Positions 1 through 11,452 of a stretch of 63,816 nucleotides of DNA are shown piece after piece; positions within the stretch are counted from its first letter, which is position 1; the number at the start of each line of letters is the position of its first letter. This stretch comes from Lama glama (taxonomy: Eukaryota): NCBI GenBank assembly GCA_028534125.1, contig CM052832.1:22012185-22076000 (forward strand). Direction: 5' to 3'. The notes beneath the pieces are model-generated. The model was not told the DNA's origin, made no database searches, and worked only from the letters and a program-made list of their open reading frames with translations. Both the position numbers and the translations under genes were made by a program.

Positions 1-700
1 TTAGTGCCTCAGGCTGTGACCTTCACAAGCTTCTCTGCCTTTTTCCCCTGTAGGATGGGACAGGAATGCTAGAAGGGGCTGGAACTGGATATTTCCTTTC
101 CCTGGTATCACCTGAACTCTGGCAAAATCCACATTGGATAGGCTCTGGCAAAACAGGTTTCCTTGAGGGCAGACCTTTGTTAGGGAGAACAGAATAGTCT
201 GAGCATACTTCAAAATAGTTAACTTTTCTCCTCCCCTTGCCAGAAGCAGGAGGGAAATATTCTCAGATCTTTACCCTCAGGTCCTTCACCTTACGGCCCA
301 CAATGCCTAAAACATCTTATTATCTGGCTCTTCACAGAAAAAAAAATCCGATCTCTGCTCCCCGTCTCTCTTTCCCGATTTCCCTCCTGGAGGGAGCACT
401 AGTGAAAGTGTAAGGAGCCCTGAGACTGGGTCCTCGGGAGATTCTCTCACACTGGGGGCAGACCCCACAACCAGTCAGTTACCCTTCAGGTTTTCATACC
501 AGTTGCTGGTTCCAGTGGCTGTTTCTGAGTAAGGTTTGTTCTCTGGATTTGCCTGCTTCTCCAGTTTACAGGGTGGTGGCTTGTCCTAGACCTCAGTTCT
601 CTCACAGATCTAAGGAGAGTTGTTGATTTTCATTGTTTCGTTTTTTTCTTGTTGGGAGGACGGGAGGGGCGACGTCTACACTCTACACGTTGGACCTGAA
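1..700 (-). mobile_element. Degraded ancient L1M-type LINE fragment (5' region), approximate
   Basis: Resembles antisense old L1M 5'UTR/ORF1 sequence from memory; no intact ORF. Confidence 0.35.
291..357 (+). mobile_element. MER58-like (hAT-Charlie) 3' terminal fragment
   Basis: ggcccacaatgcctaaaacatcttattatctggctcttcacagaaaa resembles the MER58 terminal segment and the copy at 932-1001. Confidence 0.55.
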
Positions 701-709
701 ACCACCCAT

Positions 710-1001
710 CTCCTCTTTTTGTGCAACCTGTGAGCTGAAAACAATTTTTACATTCGTAAAATTGTTGGAAAAAATCCTAGGAGGAATATTATTTCATGGC
801 AAGTGAAAACTACATGAAAATTTTAGAATTCATAGTTTTTATTGGAACACAGCCACGCTCATTTATTTACTTACCATTTATGGCTGCTTTCACACTACAG
901 AGGCAGAGTTAAGTAGTTTTGACAGAGATCTTATGGCCAACAATGCCTAAAATATTTATTATCTGGATCATTACAGAAAAGAAAATTTTTTCCAATCCCT
1001 G
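710..1001 (+). mobile_element. MER58B-like hAT-Charlie DNA transposon remnant
   Basis: gttttattggaacacagccacgctcattt...ggctgctttcacactacagaggcagagttaagtagt...gcctaaaatatttattatctgg...ccctg, typical MER58 body and end. Confidence 0.7.
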
Positions 1002-1009
1002 CTGCCCAT

Positions 1010-1830
1010 GTCTTAAAATTTCTTTATATTTTCCATCTCCTTTTCTATCTGGCTACATTCTGGGTAGTTTTGTCAGATTTACTACACCAGTTTATTATGA
1101 TGTCTTTAGCTGTATCTCATCTGCTGGTTTAGCTTCATTTTGTTTTCTTTTCTTCAGTAATTGTATTTTAAATTTCTAACATTTTATTCTTTTTCTGATC
1201 TGTGTGGCAGGTTTTGATCATCTCTTCTTAATCACTCATTTTTGTGTTACCATCTTCTGTTTCTTTAAGCATTTCATACATATTTATACACTGTATCTGA
1301 TAATTCCTTTACTTGAGTTCTTTGAGGTCTAAAACTGATGTTTGCTGCTTCTGCTGTTAATCCTGGTTTGTTTCCTTATGTATTTGATGATCTGGACTGT
1401 GATCTTACGTTTGGTAGATACAGTCTGTGGTCCTCCATTAAGGATGTCTTGTCCGGAGAGGATATGTATTTGCTCTGCTGAAAGTCAGGGGGATGATTCT
1501 GGCCTGGAACACTAGCGCCTTCTTTCAGTTTCTCTGGTTTAATCTCAGAGTCTTAGGTTCAGTACTTCAGTCTTTCTCGGTTGACCCAGGGCTTTTTTTT
1601 TCCTTAATTCCGGTGACAATATTCTACATGAAATTGATAGCCAACATTAGGTTTACCTGTTGTTCCCATTTACATGCTCTGCAACCTTTCTTTTCAGCTC
1701 AGTTTTCTTTTTTTTTATTCTTCTGGCCCTTATAAATTCCCTGTTATCTCAGCAATACAATAAAACTTTTTTTTTTCTGTGCAATCTAGATGTTTTGTAA
1801 CAAGAGGGTTTCCTGGCCATCTAACCTGCC
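1010..1830 (-). mobile_element. Degraded antisense L1M LINE fragment
   Basis: T-rich plus strand with old-L1-like composition; family not resolvable. Confidence 0.4.
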
Positions 1831-4134
1831 ATATTGTCAGAGCAAGAGTCCTATCCAGTTCTTTCTTCTTCACTTACAACTAATTTTGCCCCCCGCCCCG
1901 CCCCAGTTGCTGGTTTATCTCCTTCCCAGGACCAGGTAAGAGAGTTATTTCCTTCCTTACACCCCTATGGCTTCCCCTGTCTTTAACACTCACTTTATTC
2001 CCTCAATAGATACCCAAACTTTGAGTCAGTTGTTATGGTACCTTCTCTTTGACTAAAGGAGCAGCCGTTCTTTGGTTTCTTGTCAAGGACAGGATTTAGC
2101 TGTGGCTCTTCTCAAGCATCTTGGGTCTCATTCTGTCTCTTTCCGTTTCTAAGCACACACAACCTCTATTCCCATTCCTAACCCATTTAAACTGCTCTCT
2201 TTGTTGACATGGTTTAATTTTTATGTACTAATGTCGTTATTTCAGATCTCTCTTGTGGAATCGCGTGTTCTTTCTGGCTCCTTGGGTCTCCAGAGTATGG
2301 CTTACAGCTAAATGCTTTTCATCCTCTGCTTACATCACCACCCACATACTGTTCTGTCATTTTCAGATTGATTAGTTACTTCTGCAGCTGTTGCCATCAG
2401 TTATAAATGGCTTTAGATGGAGAGACAAGGCAGATGAAAATGTAAACTGTAAAGCCCTGAACAATGCTAAAGAGTATTCAAGGATGAGAGACACAGTATA
2501 ATTTAGGCTTCAGCTGAGGCAACTGTCCCTGAATTTGATTATGCAGAAAAACTGTCTTAAAGGTTTCTGAAGCTGAAGAGTAGTCTGTACAGAAAGAGAA
2601 GTCTGAGTCTTTCAAGGGGGAAATGGAACATCCTATTTAGAAGATGTGGCCAATTTGATTCTTCCTCTGTTTAAATAGAGCAAATCGATTTTTATCAAAG
2701 ACTGAGGACAAAAGAACCACTGAGACTTAGACTTCCAGGGGTTTCCACCTCTCCTGATTTGTTGCTGTGCACTAGGCACAGAGGGTAATGATAGCGTCTA
2801 CCCATGAAATGTGGTGTAGAAGAGTAGAGGTTACAGGGCTGGTCGACAGTGTGGACACAGATCTTCCAGCTTATGTCAGTTCAGAATGATGAATTAACCA
2901 TGTCAGCCAGGCTGTGGGTCCGAGACCCAAACTGGGAAGTGGCAGCTCCCTGGTGCGCGTGTCTGAGCAGGGGAGCTAGGAGACCTTATAGATGCCACCA
3001 AAAGAGCATTATTGGACTAGGGTTCCAGAGATTTTCTTGACTGAAAGAAAAAAAAAAACTCGTCACGGAACTGTCACATGATGAAATCAGCTCCTTGTTA
3101 GGTATAAGATTGTCTTCCAACTTAAATTCTGTGATTCTCTGATCATTACCAGTTAACATGGCTTTGTCTGAGTTGAAAAGCTAGGCCTTGATTGGCTTGT
3201 TTATCTTAATTCCCTGGGTAATTAAATTAAAACATGGTTTTAGTTCCCATGTTTCTGTACCCCAGCCACTGAAATTGATGTAGGCAATAGAGAACACATA
3301 CATTTCCCTTTCCCCTAGGAACTGACTCTGCCTCTACTGTTACATGGTGTATACTTAGGTCCTAAAACAGCCCAGTAGAAGCACTGCCAGAGTTTCCAGT
3401 GTTGTTTCTGAGGGACATCCCTGATGACATGGGACTTTCACCATTCTGTTTCCTACAGCATTTCCTAGCCACCCCACATAGGGAACTCCAGAACTTTTTG
3501 ATAGTACTCTTCACACACAAAGCATAAAGTTAATTTCTAGTGTTATAAACATTCCAGAATATTTCAATACATTGTTCTGTTTGTCTTTTCAGTCTTCAAG
3601 TCCCAGATTGAAGGGCACAAAGAAAAGCTTGCTCTTTGCATTCTGTGGATCACTGCAACTTCCTGCTATGAGTGTTACTTCTTTTAACTTCTTACTGACT
3701 CCTGGCTGATTCATTCTAAGTAGCCTGGGCAGGAATTCTCATTCATATCCCAAGGCGTGACCTACCATTTAATCTTGTCATTTTCCTTCGTGATATTTGG
3801 CTTGTAGTCTAGATTGGATTGAGGCCCCCCAGCTCCCTAGATCCTGGAAAATGAACCCATTGGTTTATTCGTGTTTGAGTTGTACCTACCTGGGCAGTCT
3901 TCTGCAGGCATGGCTGCATCCAGGTGCACAGGTCCCTAAACCACCCTGATCAGTGGCTCTCCTGATTTGTGAAGCTCTCCAGCAGCAAGGCTCCATCTTC
4001 CCTTCATTTCCATTTCTGCCTCTAACCATCTATCCTTCCATGTTTTCCAAATATGGCTTCAGAAAGAGAAATCACTTATCAAGATCTGGTCCTCAGAATT
4101 CACTTCTCCTAGCTAAAAGTTGTTTCTCTCTCAA

Positions 4135-4268
4135 CTAGACTGTAAGCTTCCTCTTGCTGATAGGATGTATGTCTTTTTCTATTTGGACATTGGCACCTAC
4201 AATGCCACCTGGTGTATGGCAATCACTTGATGCTCATTCAAAGAGTGACTGAATGAATAAATGAATAA
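4135..4268. mobile_element. L2 LINE 3' end fragment
   Basis: tagactgtaagcttc...tgaatgaataaatgaat tail typical of L2. Confidence 0.55.
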
Positions 4269-4619
4269 CTGTTTCTCTTAATAAACATTAAATGACTGAA
4301 GAAATTAACTTAATAATAGGTTTATTTTCTATCTCAATATTACAGACTGATTTCTAAATTCTCCCCAGAATGAGCCCATTTTAAAACCATACTCAGGTAA
4401 GATTCTGAATTATAAACTGTAGACACATCCTAGTCATATATTCACCTTTTGAGAAGATGCAGCTCTACACAATTGATCCAAACTTATCTAGTCTAGTTTT
4501 CAACTGTGTATAGACAATTCTTGTTTTATCCGCTAGCTCCCCCCTTCCTCCTCCACCATACTCCCTTTCAGTTATCTTTGTATCATTTTGTTCAGCTTCT
4601 ATCACTGGCTTGACTGTAG

Positions 4620-4790
4620 AATAGCTGCTGACCAAATGTGCAGATCCCTGGGTAGGATGGCAGCTATGTTGGATGACAGAAATCAGGTGCCTAAACTCTG
4701 GGAAAATAGGGCTCTAGGCAGAACTAAAAATAAAACACAAAAATGTGAGAGAAAAGAAAAAGTCAAGCACAAGGTACAAAATGAGGTAGC
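4620..4790 (+). mobile_element. L3/CR1 LINE fragment
   Basis: gctgaccaaatgtgcagat...gatggcagctatgttggatgacagaaatcagg resembles the CR1/L3 RT region. Confidence 0.45.
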
Positions 4791-4872
4791 TCATTATATC
4801 ACTGTGCTGCCTCTGGGCTTTTAATTAACTTTTAATATTCTTAAAACTCAGACTTATCTGCTAAATCTGAAT

Positions 4873-5040
4873 AATTCATTTAAACATGTATTATGTGCTT
4901 ATTATGTGCCAGGCACTGTTCTAGGAACTTGGGGTACAATAGTGAACAATACATAGTACCTCTCCTCACTGAGCTTACATTCTGGAAGAGGAAAGATAAC
5001 ATATAGAGGATTGGCTCATGATGGTTGCTTTGAAAAAACA
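4873..5040. mobile_element. L2 LINE fragment
   Basis: attcatttaaacatgtattatgtgcttattatgtgccaggcactgttctagg...gagcttacattct. Confidence 0.6.
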
Positions 5041-5078
5041 TGGAGCACATATAAAGTACTTAGAACAGTACTGACATT

Positions 5079-5513
5079 CCAATAGCCAAAAGGTGGAAAC
5101 AACCCCAGTGTCTATCAGGTGATAATAGAGAATTGAAATGTGGTATATCTATGCAATGGAATAGTATTCAGGCATAAAAAGGAATAGACTGATACATGCT
5201 ACCACATGGATGAAACTTGAGGGCATTATGCTAAGTGAAAAAAGGCAGACGCAAAAGGTCACATATTGTTACAATTTCATTTATAGGAAATATCCAAAAT
5301 AGGCAAGTCCATAGAGACAGAAAGATCAGTGGTTGGTTGCTAGGGGCTAGGACTACAAGAGGTTGGGGAGCAGCTTAATGGGTATTTAGTTTCCTTTTGG
5401 GATGATGAAAGTTTTCTGGCACCAGAGAATAGTGATCATTGAACAACACTGTGCATGTATTAAATGTCACTAATGGTAAATTTATGCTATGTTTATTTTA
5501 CCACATTAAAAAA
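5079..5513 (+). mobile_element. L1MB-type LINE 3' end, 5'-truncated, inserted into a MIR
   Basis: caatagccaaaaggtggaaacaacccc...ggatgaaacttgagggcattatgctaagtgaaa...ttttaccacattaaaaaa; flanks rejoin into a MIR end (taaagtacttagaacagtac / ctggcata...cattcaataaa). Confidence 0.75.
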
Positions 5514-5599
5514 TACCTGGCATAATATAAGCATTCAATAAAATGCTTTATTTTTTACAGCAAAACAAAAATCTCTCTCAATCAGGAAATTAGCTAGGT

Positions 5600-5930
5600 A
5601 AATAAATTAAATTCTAATCACTGGAATGCTTTGCAGCCTTTGAAGAGAGTTAACATGATCTTTAAGTACTAACATGGTAAAATGTCCAAGACGTTATTTA
5701 GCAGGAAAAAAAGCAGAAGATCAGCATATATTAAGTAAGATTTATGTTAAAAATACATATGTACACTCATACACATTTACATATGCCTAGAAAGCAAGTG
5801 GACCAGGATACACGTATGAAAAATGGGATGAACAGACTTGGGTGGGGCAGGGAATGTTTCTTCTTTGTACGTTATACTAGTGTATTGATTGTGTGTGCCT
5901 GTCTATGATACATGACGTTTTCAAGTTTTT
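5600..5930 (+). mobile_element. Degraded L1ME-type 3' fragment
   Basis: ggaatgctttgcagcc...taacatggtaaaatgtccaagac pattern of old L1ME 3' ends. Confidence 0.4.
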
Positions 5931-6403
5931 ACATGATGAGCTCTGAGTTAAGCATGTGACATGGCAGTCATAAAATCCCAATTTGCTCATAGGTAGCATC
6001 ACAAGAAATACAGACTCTAGAACAGCAGAGGTAATTACTGATCTCGAGAAATAGAATTTACTGACTTCATACTCCTTATGAGGAATAAAACTTGACTTGC
6101 TGTCACTTTCTCAGTGTAAAAGTCCTTCCTTCCATACCTGGAAGTGGTTTCTGCACACTGCGGTCAGAGACATGGCAAGTTCTTCCGCTTCTCAAAGTGG
6201 TGAGCACACCACAGGGGCTCAAAATTTTTATTTTGCTTAATGTTCCCCAAATCCCAAATAAATGGTAAGGCATATGATGTTTTGAACTTTTGTTCAAACT
6301 TTCCCCTTGTTAAAGTATGTCTTTAAAAATAAAATGAAGATAGAAGCATAAGACAAACAGTAAGAAAATCCATCCACAGTCTGAACTCTTAAAAAAAAAT
6401 CAT

Positions 6404-6434
6404 TTTATTGATCCTTTACCATACAAAATTTATT
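6404..6434 (-). terminator. E2F3: Tandem polyadenylation signals AATAAA (6434-6429 and 6409-6404) with downstream U/GU-rich element
   Basis: Plus-strand tttatt twice; minus-strand downstream ttttcttactgtttgtcttatg. Confidence 0.8.
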
Positions 6435-6497
6435 CAAATTACACCCATTTGAAGTGGTAAGATCACAGCTAGAGAACAGGTTACCCTGTAACAAATC

Positions 6498-6505
6498 TAT
6501 TTACA
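6498..6505 (-). promoter_or_regulatory. Pumilio response element UGUAAAUA (distal)
   Basis: Plus tatttaca is a perfect UGUAHAUA match on the mRNA; PUM regulation of the E2F3 3' UTR is established in human. Confidence 0.75.
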
Positions 6506-6805
6506 AAATCCATCATAAAAGCTTTTTTTTTTACATTATATTACATATTTTCTTTTTTAAACTAGCATACAACACAAAGCTAAACTGATTAGTAGTTTGC
6601 CTACTCCCAACTTTGGGAGAAATACTTCCTTTTGACAAAATCACGTACCCCATAGGAAAAGAAATTTCCACAGTCTGACACTTGCCACCCGACTCACTCT
6701 GCAAGGCATCTTCCTTCAAATCCCCCCGCTTGTACACACAAGTTGTCATGCACACACTGAGTTCTTTCTTTTTCCTGAAAGCTAAAGCTTTAAATACTGC
6801 AGTTG

Positions 6806-6813
6806 TATTTACA
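6806..6813 (-). promoter_or_regulatory. Pumilio response element UGUAAAUA (proximal)
   Basis: Plus tatttaca, 7 nt from a miR-200b/c/429 7mer-m8 site at 6793-6799. Confidence 0.75.
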
Positions 6814-6918
6814 GATCTACTTACAACAAAAATGAACACAAGAACCACCACCACAACAACAACAAAAACAAAAACAAGGTAACACTCTTAAAAATTACAA
6901 ACCAGCTAGAAAATATTC

Positions 6919-6926
6919 TGGCAGTG
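6919..6926 (-). promoter_or_regulatory. miR-34/449 8mer seed site (CACUGCCA)
   Basis: Plus tggcagtg; E2F3 is a known miR-34a target. Confidence 0.7.
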
Positions 6927-7045
6927 TTTACAAATTAATTGCTATTTTTGTACAAAATTGCTAGATAATGAAAATATGAGTAGACTGCGTATCAACTTAA
7001 ATAAAACGATTGCTACACACAAATCTGTACATATAAACACACACC

Positions 7046-7053
7046 TAACACTG
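7046..7053 (-). promoter_or_regulatory. miR-141/200a 8mer seed site (CAGUGUUA)
   Basis: Plus taacactg. Confidence 0.55.
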
Positions 7054-7155
7054 TTTGACAGCTCGTGTTGCTCTTTATACAGTTTACTTTCTAAGGCTCA
7101 CTCAGTCATAATTCGCACACTTGTAACTTTTAGCCATTTCATGTGTGAGCTTTAA

Positions 7156-7163
7156 TAGCAGCA
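7156..7163 (-). promoter_or_regulatory. miR-15/16/195/497 8mer seed site (UGCUGCUA; also miR-503 7mer-A1)
   Basis: Plus tagcagca. Confidence 0.65.
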
Positions 7164-7809
7164 ACTCAATGGTACCAGGAAACCTGCATACTCAGTACTT
7201 AAAGTAACACAAATACTGTAGTACTAACCCACTTTGTGTGCCAGATACTATGTCAAAAAGAAAAGGACTAATGCAAACAGAATACAGTATGGACGTTTAA
7301 TTAATGTACACCAGTTAAGCCCATTAACTGGGAAGACCTTATGCCTGAAGGAACTTTTAAGACTTATTAGGATTCCTTTCATTTTTAAACAATAAATATG
7401 GCATCACGTTACGAAAAAAGTTTAACGAGAAACTCAACCAAACACACAACCACCTAGCCAGGTGAGCTCAGTCTTTAGACTTTGGAAAAAAATCAGCTTT
7501 GTGCAGCTGGCAAAGAGAATTACACAAAGCTGGAAGCAGAGGCAGCTAACCAGATGAGATAAATATGGGACATGGGGAAAAGCTTGGCATAAATGGTTTC
7601 CCATACAGGAAAAAACCCCACAGTGCATTTCCAGTAGGCACTTGACACAAAGCTCCCCCTCCCTCCCCCACCCCAATGCTTCATCTAGGACCAAGTCCAG
7701 TGTGTGTGAGGGGAGGAGGGCGGGGGTGGAGGCCGAAGAAAAAGGAGGATAATCTGCACCTTTGTTTTTCTTCTCAAACATACACCCACGCATACCTACA
7801 CAAAGAGTT

Positions 7810-7817
7810 TAAAGTGC
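7810..7817 (-). promoter_or_regulatory. miR-17/20/93/106 8mer seed site (GCACUUUA)
   Basis: Plus taaagtgc; fits the known E2F/miR-17-92 feedback loop. Confidence 0.65.
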
Positions 7818-8347
7818 TGGTGTCATTTGTTTTGACCCCACCACCACTTTGCATATTGTGGAAATCTACCTAGAGTAAACTGGCTGGGGCTTTCGTGGTT
7901 TTTTGTTTTGTGTTTTTCCTAAGGGATCTATTTTCCATGTAATTAAACGTATGAATCGAGTGCCTACTATGTGCCCACCACCATGTCCGGCACATAGCAT
8001 TTCAATTTCACTGTTCTTTGTTTTGAGGTTTGTTTTTTTTTAGATGACTCCCTCATTCCCACAGTGTTTAGCATCCAAAGAATGGATTTGAGGTACTCTG
8101 CCGCATTCCCAGCGGGAGATGGCCATCTCTCCCCTGGCCAATGGGAAAGCCATTCTTGGACAGAACTGGTAGGATTTGCAGCTGACACGAAGCCTCCAAC
8201 TTGGGACACCATTCTTGCAGAGTTAAGTGGGAGATGCCCTGTTCTCACCAGCTGAAGTAAATGCCACTGATAGAATGCTACTCACACAACGGGGGACGTC
8301 TCTCTCCCCAGAGGCCTCTCCATCTGACCCCATCCTGAGAAGCGGTC

Positions 8348-8355
8348 TCCCTGAG
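8348..8355 (-). promoter_or_regulatory. miR-125 8mer seed site (CUCAGGGA)
   Basis: Plus tccctgag. Confidence 0.6.
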
Positions 8356-9325
8356 TGCAGTATAAGAGAGCCCTTTCCCCGGTGGCGGGGGCCCGGGAGC
8401 CCAAGGACGGAGGGGTGCACGCCTGCTGCTCCTTGGGGCTGCTGTGTCCTCTGACCTGGTTCTCTTTCCAAAGGGGCCACCCCTATCAGCGAGCGCCACT
8501 CGCTCCAGCGCCCCCTCCCGGGAAAGGAAGCAAGATGGGCAAAGCTTCTTGCAGAGGCTGTTAAACCTTAGATCACACACATTTAGATGCTCTGATCAGT
8601 AGAGGTTCTCTACCTCTGCTTAAATAATTTGAATTAGCAAAAACTGCTTCAAAGTAAACAATTCAATTGAAATGGTGATGGGTGCCACAGGAATGCTTAA
8701 ATGGCGGCTTAAAAAAAAATCTAAAACAATCCACAAAGAACTCCTAAGTAGGCATTTGCTACAAATCAACTTTAAACTTACAAATACGTTGTGGGCAGGG
8801 GAGTGGGAGTGGTTTATGGAGACAGGAAAATCCACAACAGCTTAGAGGGGCAGAACTTGACTATTCTTCTGTATCTGCAACAAATATTTGAAAAGTTTCT
8901 TCATCCAAAAGGCTGTGGAGGATCTCTTGACCTCCTAGTGGGACACACGGTCCATAGCTTAAACTGAATTATGACAGTAATTTAAATATTCCTAAGAAGA
9001 GCTGAAGAAATCCGTTTCATACTTTTGCATGACTTCAAGTTTACAGTTCCTGCAGTTCCATTCCATATTAGCAGACCCCAAAGACATGCATTCTGTGGAG
9101 AAGGCACGGCTTGAAATGCTATTAAGGAAGATTGCTGTTTTCGAGTGGGCCGGGTGGCCAGACCCCATTCTACAGCCCATCCGTCAGGCACAGCAAGCCA
9201 GTCCGGGAGGGAGGGAGGAAAAGGACGGGTGAGAGACACCTGATTGCACATTTTCTCACTTGCCGACTCATCCAGGAGATTTTGGAGCCTGGGGCAAAGC
9301 AGGGCTTTCCCAAGGGAGCCTGCAA

Positions 9326-9333
9326 CTGTGCGT
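9326..9333 (-). promoter_or_regulatory. miR-210 seed site (ACGCACAG)
   Basis: Plus ctgtgcgt equals miR-210 nt 1-8; CpG-containing motif retained. Confidence 0.6.
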
Positions 9334-9509
9334 TTAGACAATTTTTTTTTTAAATTCATTAAAATGTCAGCTTTGTTCTGAAGTTCGTTGTTTACTTCAT
9401 GATACTATCTTGGAGGAAGAAGGTAGGAAGGGACAACACTGCATGACAGATGTTCTGGTTCCATAATAAAAAAATATTGGTTTATAAGGGGAGTTCACAC
9501 AAAGCATAA

Positions 9510-9772
9510 TCAACTACACATAAAGTCTTCCACCAGTGGGAGCTTTTCCAAATCATAAGCATCAAAGAGATCGCTGATGCCTTCTTCCTCCCCAAGGCTT
9601 AGGAGATAGTCTTCTTGGAGCAGGGGAGGCAGTAAGTTCACAAATGGTCCTTCTAGGTTGGAAGGAATTTGGTCCTCAGTCTGCTGTAAAAGGTTGGCTG
9701 GGGAGGCCAGAGGAGAAAGGTTTGCCATAGAGATCGAGCAATCACTATGTCCTGAGTTGGTTGAAGCCAAGT
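9510..9772 (-). CDS. E2F3: E2F3 exon 7 coding part: transactivation / RB pocket-binding C-terminus
   Basis: Acceptor cctttcAG; (D)[24 protein letters not shown]...[33 protein letters not shown]; 263 nt including TGA. Confidence 0.98.
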
Positions 9773-10951
9773 CTGAAAGGAAAAAGTTGGTGGAAACCAA
9801 AAAATAAGGCAAAAATCAAATTGATTTTTAGAGGGACTATACATGTTGCTATTATAAAAGCAGGCACCCTCTGCTAAGGACAATTAGATGAGATTATGGT
9901 ACAGATCACCTTTATACTAACAGGCACTGTAAGCAGTGACTCCAGTCAGCCGTGTTTTTTTTGGTGGTGGTTGTTTTTGTTCTGGTCTACTAATCTTTTC
10001 CAATAACTACTGTTAGCAAACAAGAATTACAAATATCTTCCAATATTAGGGACTAACAAGTTCAGAAAAGTCTCTCTGATATCAAGTAGTCATTCTTTAA
10101 CAAAAAAACAAAAGAAAACATGCAGACTGAAAAGTTGGCTCCCTGATAGAAATCACCAATTTTAACTTAGTCTTTTTTGAACAACTAATTTATTAAAGAC
10201 ATCTCTAAAAATACAAATAATAGGACACATCCACTTTGAATTTTTAGGGTGGAAAAACAAGTGCTATTTTGTTTTACCATCCGAGGTGCTGTATTTTTGC
10301 TCAATGTTAAGTCAGTCTATTTATTTAAATCACTCCTATTCTTGCTGCTATACAGGGAGGTAGTAGAAGAAGAAAATTAAATACACAACTCCAGTCTGAA
10401 ACTGGGGGAAAAAAAAAAAGACTGCAAAGTGCTTCCTTGGCTGTAGGGACTGTGGAGGGCAGAGGACTTTAGATTTATATTTCAGGGGTTTCCCTCCCTT
10501 ATTTTCTCCCCATCCCATTAGGGGAAAAATTAAGATAAAACTTGGACAAAAGGCTTCTTTCTCTCTGTACTTTTTCAGTTCCCTCTCTAATGGCCTCTGC
10601 ATTATCACTCAGAGGTGTTTGGCCAAAGGTAGCTGATGATTCACCCAGACAGCTCACAGCCTCACTCCTCACTCCTCACTTCAGTTTCCCCAAACACTGT
10701 GAGGAAATGGTTTCTGCCGATAGCAAAAGCCTGAAGGGAATCCATTAAGTGGGTGGAGGAGCCATTTGCCCAAGATCATCATTTTATCCTGTAAACCATT
10801 CAGAATGCCTTAAAAAAAAAAAAAAGTTACCTTAATAATATTAATAACAGAAATTTCTGTTTCTTGCCTAGACTTGTGGTTCTGAAACTGGATCCTTCTA
10901 GTCACCTTCATTTTAAATACAGTTTCCAAATGACAAGAGTGGAATTTTTAC

Positions 10952-11087
10952 CTTTGGAAGTGGGTTTAGGGATATTCCCATTGTGGTCTTGGTTGTTTGT
11001 TTTCATCGGACTGTGTGTTTCAGTCTCTTCTGGACACAAATAAACCTCAATGGGTCCTTGGGTACTTGCCAAATGTATTTGCAGGCT
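10952..11087 (-). CDS. E2F3: E2F3 exon 6 (marked box C-terminal part)
   Basis: tttatAG / GTaaaa; 136 nt; [45 protein letters not shown]. Confidence 0.97.
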
Positions 11088-11246
11088 CTATAAACAGAAG
11101 GAGTGAGACGTTCAAACTGAAAGTTCTTTTGGAAATGAAAGCTATAGTAATTGTCATCAAAACATGGAAGGTAAGGGTAATTCTTGTTGCTCCTTTTGCT
11201 TCTCCTCTGGTAGTCTACCTCAGTCAGTGACTGTTGTCCTCTAGAG

Positions 11247-11452
11247 CAGGGATCAGCAAACTACAGCCCAAGGGTCAATAAATAAATAAAGTTTTATTGG
11301 TAGAGTCTTGCCCCTTCCCATGGTTTATGTATTGCCTCTGGCTGGTTTTTTTGTTTTCCCTGCTGTGATGGCGGAGCTGTGCAGTTGAGTAGTCCCAACA
11401 GCCAAAAATACTTACTGTCTGGCTCTTGAAAGAAAAAGTTTGCTGACCTCTG
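11247..11452. mobile_element. MER58A-like hAT-Charlie MITE with both terminal inverted repeats
   Basis: cagggatcagcaaact ... agtttgctgacctctg inverted termini; internal aaagttttattgg and cagccaaaaatacttactgtctgg. Confidence 0.75.

Larger units (their letters stand above)
6383..9509 (-). other. E2F3: E2F3 3' UTR (about 3.1 kb, part of exon 7)
   Basis: Follows the TGA at 9512-9510; no recognisable interspersed repeats; ends after tandem AATAAA signals; cleavage site estimated. Confidence 0.85.

Noticed and set aside
9773..9812. N-terminal extensions of E2F3-containing ORFs in the track (also 12533-12606 and 15687-15847)
   Set aside because: Intronic read-through beyond the splice acceptors; not real coding sequence
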